From the NCBI GenBank assembly GCA_964016885.1, contig OZ024741.1, forward strand, positions 326,492,001 through 326,556,000: 64,000 bases of DNA, written 5' to 3'. The DNA is from Eledone cirrhosa. Taxonomy: Eukaryota. This document shows, piece after piece, positions 13,077 to 24,675 of this stretch. The position numbers were made by a program, and so were the translations under genes. A model generated the notes under the pieces. The model was not told where the DNA came from. It saw only the letters and a list, made by a program, of their open reading frames with translations, and ran no database searches. Position 1 is the stretch's first letter, and every line of letters begins with the position of its first letter.

Positions 13077-15473
13077 CGAAACATTCTCACTTAGAAGCTA
13101 TTCCAAATATAGAGCACATGGTGGCAAGCATATCGTTAAGAAATTCATTTAGTAATTAGGTATTTTAGTGTTCGATCCAGCCCTCCGCTACATAACCGAA
13201 TTGCCCAGTATGATAAAGTTGTTGAAAACATTCCATAGAAAAAAATGGACATAAAGGTTGTCAGATACACTTTAAACATTCTCTTTAACGTGGTTGACAG
13301 ACTTCAGCCCTCGCTCGATTTAATACCATTATGTGTGCCTCTGGAGGAATGAATTTATTGCAAACAATCCAATCTTGTTTTCAGTATTTAATTCTATCGT
13401 GTTCTGTTGTATGCTTACTAGGACTACATCATTCTATATATTGTGGTTTATTCCACATTCTAGTCCTCTCAGCCTTGTCAAAGGTTTGTTGGGCTATACT
13501 CACGTGTTGACAAATCAAAATAGATTTGTAGATATTACTTTTGTGTGTGTATGTGTGTGTGAGTGAGTGTGGGTGTGTGTATGAGGTGCGGCTGTAAGTC
13601 TAGAGCAAACTAATTGGAAGAGCGGTTAGTCCAATTCCTTCTATGTCAAATTCCTCTTCTTTTTCTCTTTTGAGGATCAATAAAATAATGGACTATCCCT
13701 GGCAGATAGTTTCAGCGGAATTCCTCCCATTTTGGGGTAAAAACGAGATATGTTGTTGTTGATCGTCAGAAAAGAAGATGATCTAAATGAGGAATGTTAA
13801 ACTGAGGGTCTCCCGAGGACCACATGAGTCACATATGAGTCACATTTATTTTCATATATTACAAATATAAAACAAGCTCGCGCTGTAAGAACCTTTGTGC
13901 TGGCCGCATGTGTGCTTGTAAAGGGCTGCAGGCGGGCCACAGGCCGCGTATTTGAGAAGCCTGTTCTACATACTCTTTGGGTTCTGAGATCAAATCACAC
14001 CGTTGTTTACTTGGGTCTTAATTCTCCACTAAGTTTAATACCCCATCCTAGTCAAATCCAATAAAATCCAGCGCCTTTTCAATTCTGTTGGAGGAACCCC
14101 TCCCTAGTTAACTTCCACCGAATTCTGTTTGGTTTTGGTCATCTCAGGGGTGTAGCCGTACTAACTACACTTGGTCATATGCGAGATGGTGAAGATATGT
14201 AAGCTATATTTCGAGTGGATGGCCGTTAACTGAAGATTGCATCCAGCATTTTAACAGCTCTTGTTTTTTTGTGTTGCTGGGATTTCACTTACAATCCTCA
14301 TCAGGCCAGTGTCGCCAGCCACTCGACCATAAACAAGGTTGTACTGGTTTATATGATACGATTAGCAGGCAGAAGCCTGACCTGGTCACTTGGGTGTTTA
14401 TTTTTGTTGAGCTCATGCTGCCACAAACATATGGACCAGATCTGGAGCTTTTAGGACACTCTCCTCGCTCTCCAACAACTAACTGTATAGGAGACTGAAA
14501 ACAAGTCATTGGTATTATCCTTACCCCATCCTGAAGTGAATTGTAAACAGAGCTCCTACAACCCCTATCACAACCACCACTAAGCAGTGTGACGTTTTCA
14601 TATTTCCTCTAATATAATGAGGAATCTATGCTGACCTACAGATCTTCGAACTGAAAACATAAGGTCTAAGAACCTTAAGTAACAACTTTATAAAATAAAA
14701 CACGTTTTAATCGAACAAGAAGAAATGTGAACAGGAAGTAGAGGAAAAAAAAGTAGGAAACAAAGATGAAAAATGAGGAGGATGAAGTTGATAAAGATAA
14801 AGAAAAAAAGAAGAATGACGAAGAGAACGAGTAGAAGAAGCAACAGGACGGTGTGTGGGGGGGGGGGGGGAGAAGAAAAAGAAAAAGAAAAAGAAAAAGA
14901 AAAAGAAAAAGAAAAAGAAGAAGAAGAAAAATGCGATTTTTTAAATCATTCTTCAATATCAGAAGAAGACCAGTGTACGTATTCAAAGTGACAGGAGCAA
15001 AGATATGTTTAGTCATGTGACTAGAGAATTGGTGATAAATGTCCGTGCCTTTTCCGTAATAGCAACTGTGTCCCACAAGACATATTAATGATTGAAACAG
15101 TAAAGTGCATTGGCAGTGGCATTGGTTCGTATTTATAAACCTCAACATATCACTCTCATAATATTCTACATATGTTATCATAATATACAGATCTATAATA
15201 TTTATTGTCACCCATTTATGATGTGATATTAATTTCATGTGCGAATGAACATATGCATGTGACAATAACTTTCAAAATATTTATCGATATTAATCTCATC
15301 TCTCTCTATCATTTTTTTCTTCATCTAATTTTGTTTTATTCTCTATATCTCACTTTTTATCTCACTGACCCCCCCCCCACATATATATATATATATTTAT
15401 ATATATATATATATATATATAACAAAGGAAGTGTGGTAATAAACCAGGGTAGTAGAGTGGGTAACAGGGAAAA

Positions 15474-15545
15474 CGTCAGGACCTCGACGGCTGAGCTCCG
15501 GCCGTTTCGACACCTAGATCCGAACTCGGCGTCGGAATCCTGACT
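15474..15545. repeat. GC-rich imperfect hairpin in a (TA)n-flanked cassette; partial inverted homolog at 17842-17893
   Basis: GTCAGGA..TCGACG.CTGAGCT...AACTCGG CGTCGG..TCCTGAC self-pairs. 17842-17893 matches its reverse complement. Confidence 0.7.
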
Positions 15546-15578
15546 TTTCCCTATATATATATATATATATATACACGT

Positions 15579-15929
15579 TTAAATTTGGTGGTTTACCACT
15601 GGGTAGAATTGGTCATTCAGCAATGTTAACCTTGAAGTAATATGAGAAAAGCACTCGAGATTTTGCAACTCATCCATCTTCAATGTTGAATAGTTAGTGG
15701 TGCGGGAACGGAGTAAATGTATTATGAACTGAAATGACAGGAGGCCAAATATGTTGAATTTCCTTAATTTTTTTTTATTTCTGCAAAACACTATGCACAT
15801 TTCAGTGGCCAGGTTGCGTAAAAACCTGGTGACCGGCTTCTTACGCAACCTGGCCACTGAAATGTGCATAGTGTTTTGCATAAATAAAAAATTAAGGAAA
15901 TTCAGCATATTTGGCCTCCTGTCATTTCA
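15579..15929. mobile_element. Inverted Penelope-type cassette pair with a 3' tail on the left arm
   Basis: 15730-15821 and 15841-15929 are reverse complements. Both carry the HHR 3' half GAAA-TGTGCA-TA. The left extension 15579-15729 is homologous to 61118-61260. Flanked by (TA)n-rich tracts. Confidence 0.8.
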
Positions 15930-15957
15930 TTTTATTATTACACCCCTCCGCACCCCC

Positions 15958-16003
<46 letters not shown>

Positions 16004-16349
16004 TCATTTAGTTCGAGCATAGTTGTATACAGATATGGATTGGAATTTCGTATTTCAGAAGAAATACGGTATGTTTAAAAAAAAACATTTAGAGAGCCGT
16101 AGCTATGCCAAAACACCAGCGACCCACACGGTCTGGAATCGTTGCTACAACAACAATAAAAGCAACACCAACAAAGAGGTCAGCCAAAACAACAATCAGA
16201 GCAATGTTAGCAACAACAATAAAAACAACAATAAAACAACAGACTAACAAAAAAAAAACACAAACACACAAAACAATACAACAATAGTAACAACAACAAT
16301 AACAGAAACAAGACCAATGGTGACACTAACACAAAAAGCAACAATAATA

Positions 16350-16537
16350 ATTGTTTCTACTTTTGGCACAAGGCCAGCAATTACCTCAGTGCATTACTGG
16401 TACTTTATTTTATCGAATCTGTAAATATGAAAGGCAAAGTTAAATCGGCGGGATTTGAACTCAGACCATAAAGGGATATAATTCTATGCTGGAAAGCATG
16501 GCGACCAACCCTTCACCGATACTGCCAATCCACCAGC
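16350..16537 (-). mobile_element. SINE family A
   Basis: Same core, embedded in an (AAC)n/(AAT)n-rich tract. Confidence 0.85.
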
Positions 16538-16931
16538 ACTTATAATAATAAAAACAGCAAAAACGAGCGTAATAATAACAACAGTATCGATGACAGTAAC
16601 ACCAACAACAGAAACAACAACAAAATACTCCTCGACAGTCACAATTTCATTCGCAATGGTGATAGCAACAGGCAAACACAAACAACAAGGAGAATAACAA
16701 GAACATCAATGGCGAAAACAACAACAAAAACAATGCAACAAAAAGAAAGAAAACATCTACTACAACATATGCTTTTTTCGCATGGCATGGTAATAAATAA
16801 CGTTCGCCCTCTGCTACATACTACGACAGCATTTTTTTTACTGTTGACAATCGATTAATTCTCAAGAAAAAGCTGAAAGAAATATATAAATAAATAAACA
16901 AATAAATGAATAAATGAATGAATGAATAGTG

Positions 16932-17086
16932 AAGGCCTGAGTGTGTGGTTAAGGAGTTCACTTCATAACCATGGTGTCTGGGTCACTCACACTGCGCGGC
17001 AGCTTGCTCAAGTATCTTCTAGAGTTGCTTCCTATTGACCAATGCCATGCAAGTGGAATTTGGTAGACAGAAACTGGTGAAGCCCA
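16932..17086 (+). mobile_element. SINE family B (tRNA-like head)
   Basis: GTGTGTGGTTAAGGAG...CACTGCGCGGCAGCTTGCTCAAGTATCTTCTA...GTGGAATTTGGTAGACAGAAACTG..GAAGCCC. Degenerate relatives at about 9006-9150 (-), 9195-9305, 30775-30930 and 43790-44365 (-). Confidence 0.65.
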
Positions 17087-17172
17087 TTTATATATATATA
17101 TATATATATATATAGTAAGAATATTTTCGAAAAAGCGAGTTGGTTTGAAATTATTAGAAATGTAAGCTATCG

Positions 17173-17357
17173 CCGTATTTTGACTAAAGAAATTAAAGAA
17201 ATTATTTAGCCTGATAGTGGGGTTAAGAACCTCGGAGAAATGGAAAAACATGAGTATTGACGTACATGTACGTCAATACTCATGTTTTTCCATTTCTCCG
17301 TGGGTTCTTAACCCCACTATCAGGCTAAATAATTTCTTTAATTTCTTTAGTCAAAAT

Positions 17358-17361
<4 letters not shown>
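17173..17361. repeat. Spacer-less palindrome with GTACATGTAC apex, in (TA)n
   Basis: Centre TGACGTACA|TGTACGTCA at 17266/17267; homologous to 33609-33837. Confidence 0.95.
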
Positions 17362-17393
<32 letters not shown>

Positions 17394-17776
17394 ATACTTG
17401 GCAACATTGAGGACCGAATAAATTAGATTACCGATATAAAAGACACAGAAGCAAAAAGCGGAAACCAACCAAACAGTGAGTGTGTTCTGTTATTAATTCT
17501 GACAATATTACACAAATATGACCCTCCTCAAGTATAACAATATTTGTTTCGACACACGATTTCATATAAAAAACCTCGCAAAATTAATTCATCGCCGTTA
17601 TATAAATATATATATAGTGCAAATTTATACGGGAACAAAACAGAGAGGCAGACAAATAAAGGTTTATTAGGTTCACGCTTTTGAGAGTGGGGGGTGGGGT
17701 ATATATATAATGAAAAATTATAATGTTAGACATAGGAGGAGAGGGGCGCCGCGTTATCCAGCAGCAGTGGTAGTAG

Positions 17777-17837
<61 letters not shown>

Positions 17838-18035
17838 CACAGTTTGGATCTAGCTGTCGAAACAGCCGGAGCTCAGTCGTCGGGGTCCTGACTCTTTACA
17901 TATAAGTATATATATCTTTACACGAGTATAGTTACAGGTATAGATACATTCATACAGAGCGTTATATATATATAATTTGGACGATCTGTATGTATGTATG
18001 TATGTATGTATGTATGTTACTTTTATGTATGTAAT

Positions 18036-18568
18036 AACCCTTGTGAGCACTGGGAAGCATGCGCTAGCGACCGATCGCATTGGAGGAAAGGAGTGGCTAG
18101 TGACAAGAGTCGATCTGAGTAAACACGAAGAAGGCACGCGACACTAAAACGAGATGTCCGGAAAGGAATCTATGTTGCTCTTCCCGAAGGCACTGACAGA
18201 CGGCCTGACCTGACATGTGAGACCTGTAATAGGGTTTTTCTGAGCATGGCAGGTCTAAAGAGTCACCTGAGAGTGCACAAGAACAGGGAAGCAGGTACCT
18301 GTGGAGCTATAAATGTTCATCAGACAACGACATGTAATGTTTGTGGGAGGGTATGCAGGTCGAGTAGTGATCTCACACGACACCTTGGGTCACATGGTAC
18401 CATGGGCCCAGCACTAGGAGTCAATCATTGTCACAAGTATCGTGTTTGTGCCAGAGTTTTCAAGTCGCTGGCTGGACTAAAAAGTCACTCGTTCAGCGAA
18501 TCGGTAGGGGTTCTCCTACATGGATATAAAGTAGTGGCCGTACTCGAAAACGAGTTGGCAGCCACCAT
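18036..18568 (+). pseudogene. 3' fragment of an RTE-clade LINE with three C2H2-type zinc fingers
   Basis: One frame from 18051: WEACASDRSHWR...(stop 18120)...CETCNRVFLSMAGLKSHLRVH...CNVCGRVCRSSSDLTRHLGSH...YRVCARVFKSLAGLKSH. Confidence 0.7.
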
Positions 18569-19269
18569 GTATATATACCTGTAACTATACTCGTGTAGAG
18601 ATATATATATATACTTTTTCGTTTAATATATAATACACTCCCTTATGGTAGAGTGAAAATTTGGCTGAATCGAACTAATTTCTAGTAGCACGTAGCCTGC
18701 CATTGTCCACATTTACTACCATACTGTTGGTCACTTGTCACGTGACAGTTATTTCATTCGAAATTTTCACTGACAGCGAACGGCTGGGAATTCTTGTCTT
18801 GAATTTTATTTCTGGACCGAGGAAGTCTCCTGATGGTTTGGGATTTCTCGCGAGAGTCTACTGGGAGTACCATTATTTTCTCAATGAAACTGCTGTAGGG
18901 ACAATAAAGTGAGAAGTAAAGATTATTTTCTTAACTTTTCCCATATTTCATTTTATTAGGCTCTGAATCTGTTAATTTTATTAACTCTTTCATAGAACCA
19001 AACTCAGTATAAGTTGGGCGCTCTGTATGAATATAATTATCTATACCTGTATCTCTACTCGTGTAGAGATACATATACATCTTCGTTTTATATATATATG
19101 TATATATATGTAAATAAATAAAAATAAAAATAAAAATAAATTATAGCTTTGTAGAATTAGCTTTTAATGAATTCCCTTTTCTATCAACCAATGATCTACA
19201 CCCATCACTCCCCACCCTCTCCTACCACTTGTAGAGACCTATAAATACCATACTTATTTTTTGATACCC

Positions 19270-19320
19270 AGATTCCTGATGATTTCTAAAGAATGAAACA
19301 GTTCTAGTCCTGTAGAATCT
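19270..19320 (+). ncRNA. Type I hammerhead ribozyme (canonical, monomer-type stem III)
   Basis: AGATTC-CTGATGA-T-TTC TAAA GAA-T-GAAA-CAG TTCTAGTC CTG-TA-GAATCT. Stem I is 6 bp and stem III is CAG/CTG. Confidence 0.88.
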
Positions 19321-19403
19321 CATCTATATTAAAACTTTTATACTCTGCAATGTATTGAGTACCTTACTTACTGTGGTTACCTCCGATTCAACCCGGAATA
19401 ACG

Positions 19404-19458
<55 letters not shown>

Positions 19459-19581
19459 TTGTGTATATATGTATATATATATACACAAACACACACACAC
19501 ACACACACACTCTCCCCCCCACACACACACATACATATATGTATATATGTCTGCAACTATGTTTATATGAATATATATATT

Positions 19582-19648
<67 letters not shown>

Positions 19649-20166
19649 ATGTGTGCCTGTGTGTTTGTGTGTGTATATATATATATATATTTATACATAT
19701 TAGACGTCACAACGTCCGGTCTGTCTTCTGTTCTCTATTCTTGCCGTTTCTACGCCTCAGTGTCATTCTTTCTCCGCTGCACAATGTACTGCAGGCCATG
19801 TTATTCTATTGTTTTTCTATTTATCTCCTTTCTATATTTTTTCTTGTCTAACTTACCCCCCGCGTACCTTTCGCTCAATTCTTTGTCAGTTTATGCACTT
19901 GGGATACTTTTTCTTCAATATTTGTGAAATACGCAAAAGGCATAACTTGTTCTGCCTTTGTCTCCACCTGTTTTGTTCCCTCCCAATGTGCACTGGAATC
20001 AACGGTTTCAACCTTAATATACCAAATCTGTAGTGATTTCCAGAGGTTGACTGAGGAGATGGAACAGTCCAATATTCCGTTCTTTTTTTACGTTATCCTT
20101 GTCTCCTGCACCACCCTACTTTTTAATTTTTGCGAGATTTTTCAAAAATCTTTCACACTCTCTCTC

Positions 20167-20226
<60 letters not shown>

Positions 20227-20984
20227 TAAATATATATATGTATATATACATACACACATATATATATATACATATACATATATTTGTGTGTGTGGAGGGT
20301 GTGTATGTGTGGTGTTTAATATATGAAGACAGAAATAACATAAAAACAGCTATAACCATAAATAAACCAGAAGGATTATTAATGTGGCAATAGCCTTTCT
20401 TGGAATAATATTTCATCGTATTTTGCTAGACGAGAAATTTAAGCCTCTATGTCTCAAAAGATGATAGCGGTTCACCTCATCTGTTTTATTTTATTCTTTC
20501 CAAGGTCGTAATATATACATACACACACACAAACATATATTTATGTATATATATATATATATTTATTTACACACACACACGCACACTTATATATATATTA
20601 TATAAATATATATATTATATATACATACATACATACATATATGTATGCACACATACATACATACGTTCATATATACATACAAACATATATGCCTACATAC
20701 ACACAGATATATACATATATATATACATACATTCATATATGTATTTGTGTGTATATACACACACACACATAATAATAATAATAATAATAATAATAATTAT
20801 GATTTCTTTATTGGCCACATATAAGAAAAGAAAAAAGACATAAAACATATATATATATAAACAATAAAATGAAAATTGAAACAATGAAAAATTCCCCAAT
20901 GGGGGGGGGGAAGCTCCGAGGGTTACTCGTGGCGAAAACCACACAAAAGACCACGGCCAGCCTGACTCCCAGGGCAAACGCCCT

Positions 20985-23900
20985 CTCTCAATTTTTCCAT
21001 CTCTCAAACTACAGACGTTCACCCACCTTTCAACAAACTTGCTAGAAAGCAGCACTTGCCTCTCCACCCTGATTTTCCTCTTCAAGTGAAACTTGAAAAA
21101 GTTAATCAGGGATTCGCCGAAGAGAAAGTGTTTGTCTTTAATCCTTTTAACCTTGTCCACCACACAATCTCTTTCGCCATGGCCACCAGGCAGATGAAAA
21201 CCGCCTGCCCTTCCTCCTCAAAGGAAGACGGCGAGACCATCTGCACAATGGACTCAGTCGACAACCGGATCAGTCCTACACGTGACAGCAACTGTTCGAC
21301 ATAGCTCCACAAGTCAGCAATGCTCGGGCACTGAACGAGTGCGTGCACAACGGTTTCGTCGTTATGCGCGCATCTCGGACAGGTTCGGCTGACGGCACTT
21401 CCGTGCCTGTAGAGCTTATCTCGAACCGGCAGCGCTCCCCGGTAGCACTGCCAGGCCAGGGATTGTTGGAAGTTATCCATAGGCCCCGGGCTGAAAGTTC
21501 TCCGGAAGAGAGCAAGCAGCTGATCTTCTTCGACACCCAGGATCTCTCCTAGGACGTCGTCGCTCTTCCCCTCCACTAGTCCTCTATAGAACGCCGAGGT
21601 GGATGTTCCACCGATACTGGTGCCCAACTGGGAGAGTGCAGTGAGCGCCTGGAGACATTCCAGTTTCCAAGCGCTAACCCTCGGTCTTTTTCTGACCCAG
21701 GACTGCAGCTCCGTCAAGGAGACGAGCTGTGGGAAAATGTGCCTGGCGAACGGCGATCACACCCGTTCACCATCAAGGAAGCACCAGAGATGTCGCAGCC
21801 TCAGCGCATGTTTGTCATCATCAGCCATGGCATGCCCAGTCCTCCACGCAACGGGTGTTGACAGCAGATGGATCGTCAGACCATGGGAGCGCGTCCCTTC
21901 CACAAAAAGCGGAAGAGGAGGCGCTCCGTTTTGGTGAGGGTTGGGCTGGAGCAAGGGACGACGGTGAGGCGGTAGCAGATGACGGATGCGATGTACGCAT
22001 TCGCCACATCCGCCCGGCCTTTCAGGGTCTGCTTCCTCTCAGCCCATTTTTGGGTGAGGGAGGCCACCCTGCTCGTCACCTCGTCCCAGTTTTTCTCCGT
22101 CTGGAGGTCCGGTCCGAACCAGACCCCGAGCAATTTAACCGGTCCGTCCGTCCAACGCCCTACGACGCTATCGGACGGCATGGACTTGCCTCTCCAGGTG
22201 CCTAGCTGCAAGCCCACCGACTTTTCTTGGTTTATCTTTGCTCCTGTCACCGTTTCGCAATCCTTGAGAGCGGTGCCGAGCATCTGGACGTGTCTGGTGC
22301 TCGACACCACCACGGTGACGTCGTCAGCGTAAGCCGACTCGGATTTCCCGCATCCTTGTTCGCGTGGGACGCCCCTCATCGCCCCCAGTTTGTGCAGTAA
22401 CGGCTCGAGAGCCAATACGTACAAGAGGGACGAGGGGGGACAACCCTGGCTGACTGAGCACATTATGCTGAACGGCTGCGACAGGTGACCGTTCACCCTC
22501 ACAACTGAGCAGATGTCGCTGTACATTGCTGCGATCCAACGCCTGAAAACGGGCCCGAAACCGGCTGCCTCGAGGACCGCCACCAGGTACCGATGGTCGA
22601 CCCTATCAAATGCTTTGGATTGATCCAAGTTGATCAGGGCCCCACCCTTGCCATGTTCCTTAACCACCCTCTCTATGATATATCGCATGAGGTGGAGGTT
22701 GTAGTGTATGGATCTGTCCGGGATGGCGCATGTCTGCGCCTCTCCCACCAGACCCTTGACGACAAGCGTCAACCTCGTTGCTAACACCTTGGCCAAAATC
22801 TTGAACTCTGCGTTTAGCAGAGTTATGGGCATGAAATTATCAATAACATCCCCCTTTTTCGGGTCTTTTCTCAGCAGCGCTACTGCTCCCTGGCTCACAA
22901 ATCTGGGAATGCTCCCGTTCTGCTGCCAGTTGCAGTAGACGTCTGCTAAGAGGTCACCGAACAAGTCTGGCATAAATGCATAAAGCTCGTAGGGCAGACC
23001 ATCTAAACCTGGCGATTTACTTCTTGTGCAGCTAGCCATCGCTTCCCGTATTTCACCGGCTGTTATTGCCTTTTCGCAACACTGTGCTGCGGTCGTCGAG
23101 AGCCGAGGCAGTCCGTCGAGGTATGCAATGAAGTCCATGTCCCGATCCGGGCCGCCGCCGCTCCCGAACAGTTCAGCAAAGTGCTGCTGAAAAGCTTCAC
23201 ACATCCGCTCGGGTTCGAGGATCACGCACCTGTTTTGGTGAGACAAAGACCGAATTGTGGCTTTATTGCCACGTCGCGCCTCTGCCACCCGGGCCTATTG
23301 GACGGCTTTTGTCCCCTCGTGTTTCAGAGCACGCGCTCTAGCTCTGACAATGCAGCCTTCGTGTTTTGCGTTGAAGAATTGGTCGAGTGCCAATCTCGCC
23401 GCAAGCACGTCGGGTGCGATGCCTGTCCTAAACGCCTCTTCTAGCTTTCTGACTAGCACTCCTTCTACTCTATTTTCCTCTATCACTACTCCTTTGCTAA
23501 ACCTAATCGACTCTACTTTAATTGCCCTTTTCAGGGCGAACCACCACCTGTTGTTGACGACCGCCCCCGTCAACGCCCGCTTAACTACTACGCTAATCCG
23601 GTCTCTGTAGGCCTTGCGCGCCGGGAAAGACCCGTTCAGCTTCCAGTAACCAGGCCCTTGTCTATGAAGTCTGTCTATGTCGATCTCACAGATCACAAAT
23701 TTGTGGTCTGTGTAGTCGACTATTTTAAATTGTGGACAACTTATACTAGCCTTATCGAGTTCCCTGCAGAATACCCTATCTAGATACGATCTGGATGACC
23801 CGATGCGGTTTGTCCATGTCCACATTGGCACATTCGGGTGATCCACTCGATACCTGTCAGACAGTTCAAAACGTCTGAGCAGGTTGGTGAGGCTCTTGCA

Positions 23901-24383
23901 CCCTCCTCCCCTATCCACTAGCCCCACACGATCCCAGCGTGCATTCAAGATACCCTTCCAGTCTCCCACTAACACTAAAGAGGGGGACGTTCCAAGAAAG
24001 GTCTCTAGACGTCTGAAGAAATCTGGCCGTCCTGCCCCTGTTGGGGCGTAGACGGCTACTAGCCTGAAAGCATTGCCTTCGCTGCCGGTCACGTCCAGCA
24101 CCACCGACTTACCTTCTGGGTCCAGGAAGATGGCCCGTATCGCGAGATCCAAGCCTCTCCGAAAAAGGACGGCAAACCCTCCCCTCGATCCTGGACGGCT
24201 GGGAGATGCGTATACATCGTAGCCGCCGAAGATCGGTGCGAAGGCCCGTGCCTCGGAGATTCTGCTTTCACTGATGACCACCACATCTATGTTTAGTGAC
24301 CTGAGGTCATTGAGCAGGTGACCCTGCTTCCAAGATGACCCCAGGCCACGTGCATTTATATTGCCTATTCTGAGTACAGCCAT
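20985..24383 (-). pseudogene. LINE ORF2: AP endonuclease, reverse transcriptase and C-terminal zinc motif (disrupted)
   Basis: NINARGL, VGDW, SYLDRVF, TDHK (APE); KSPGLDG, PITLLN, LDQSKAFD, QGCP, YADD (RT); CPRC...ETVVHALVQC. In-frame stops at 23295, 21876 and 21757; frameshifts near 21810 and 21115. Confidence 0.92.
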
Positions 24384-24675
24384 GTTGGATGAGAAACGGG
24401 GCAAATGAGAAAGGGTCACTTACCTTGTTCGTGTGGTGAAGGGACAGTAGAACCGTCCCTTTTGCTGGTGATGGGTGTTTCCAAGAGGATGTCAGTGTAT
24501 ATCCTCTTGGTAACCGTCCCTCTGAAGTCTCCAACTGCGTTGGGGAATTTTTGTTTTAAAGGTTTGTATTGTTCTAATGTGATTTCGATGATGCTTATGT
24601 TTGTCGGGAGAGTTCTTGGTGTTGGTGGGGTGTAGTAATTTGTTTCCGTGATGTCTGTGTGCTGCTTTATATATT

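Noticed and set aside
13845-13965. Charlie/hAT-like MITE end, with similar ends at about 9420-9460 and 43480-43605
   Set aside because: Only one eroded terminus is recognisable; boundaries and TSD cannot be defined.
15579-15680. Tail peptide MDELQNLECFSHITSRL as the Naiad ORF N-terminus
   Set aside because: The homologous tail at 61118-61215 has an indel and stops, so conservation looks nucleotide-level rather than coding.
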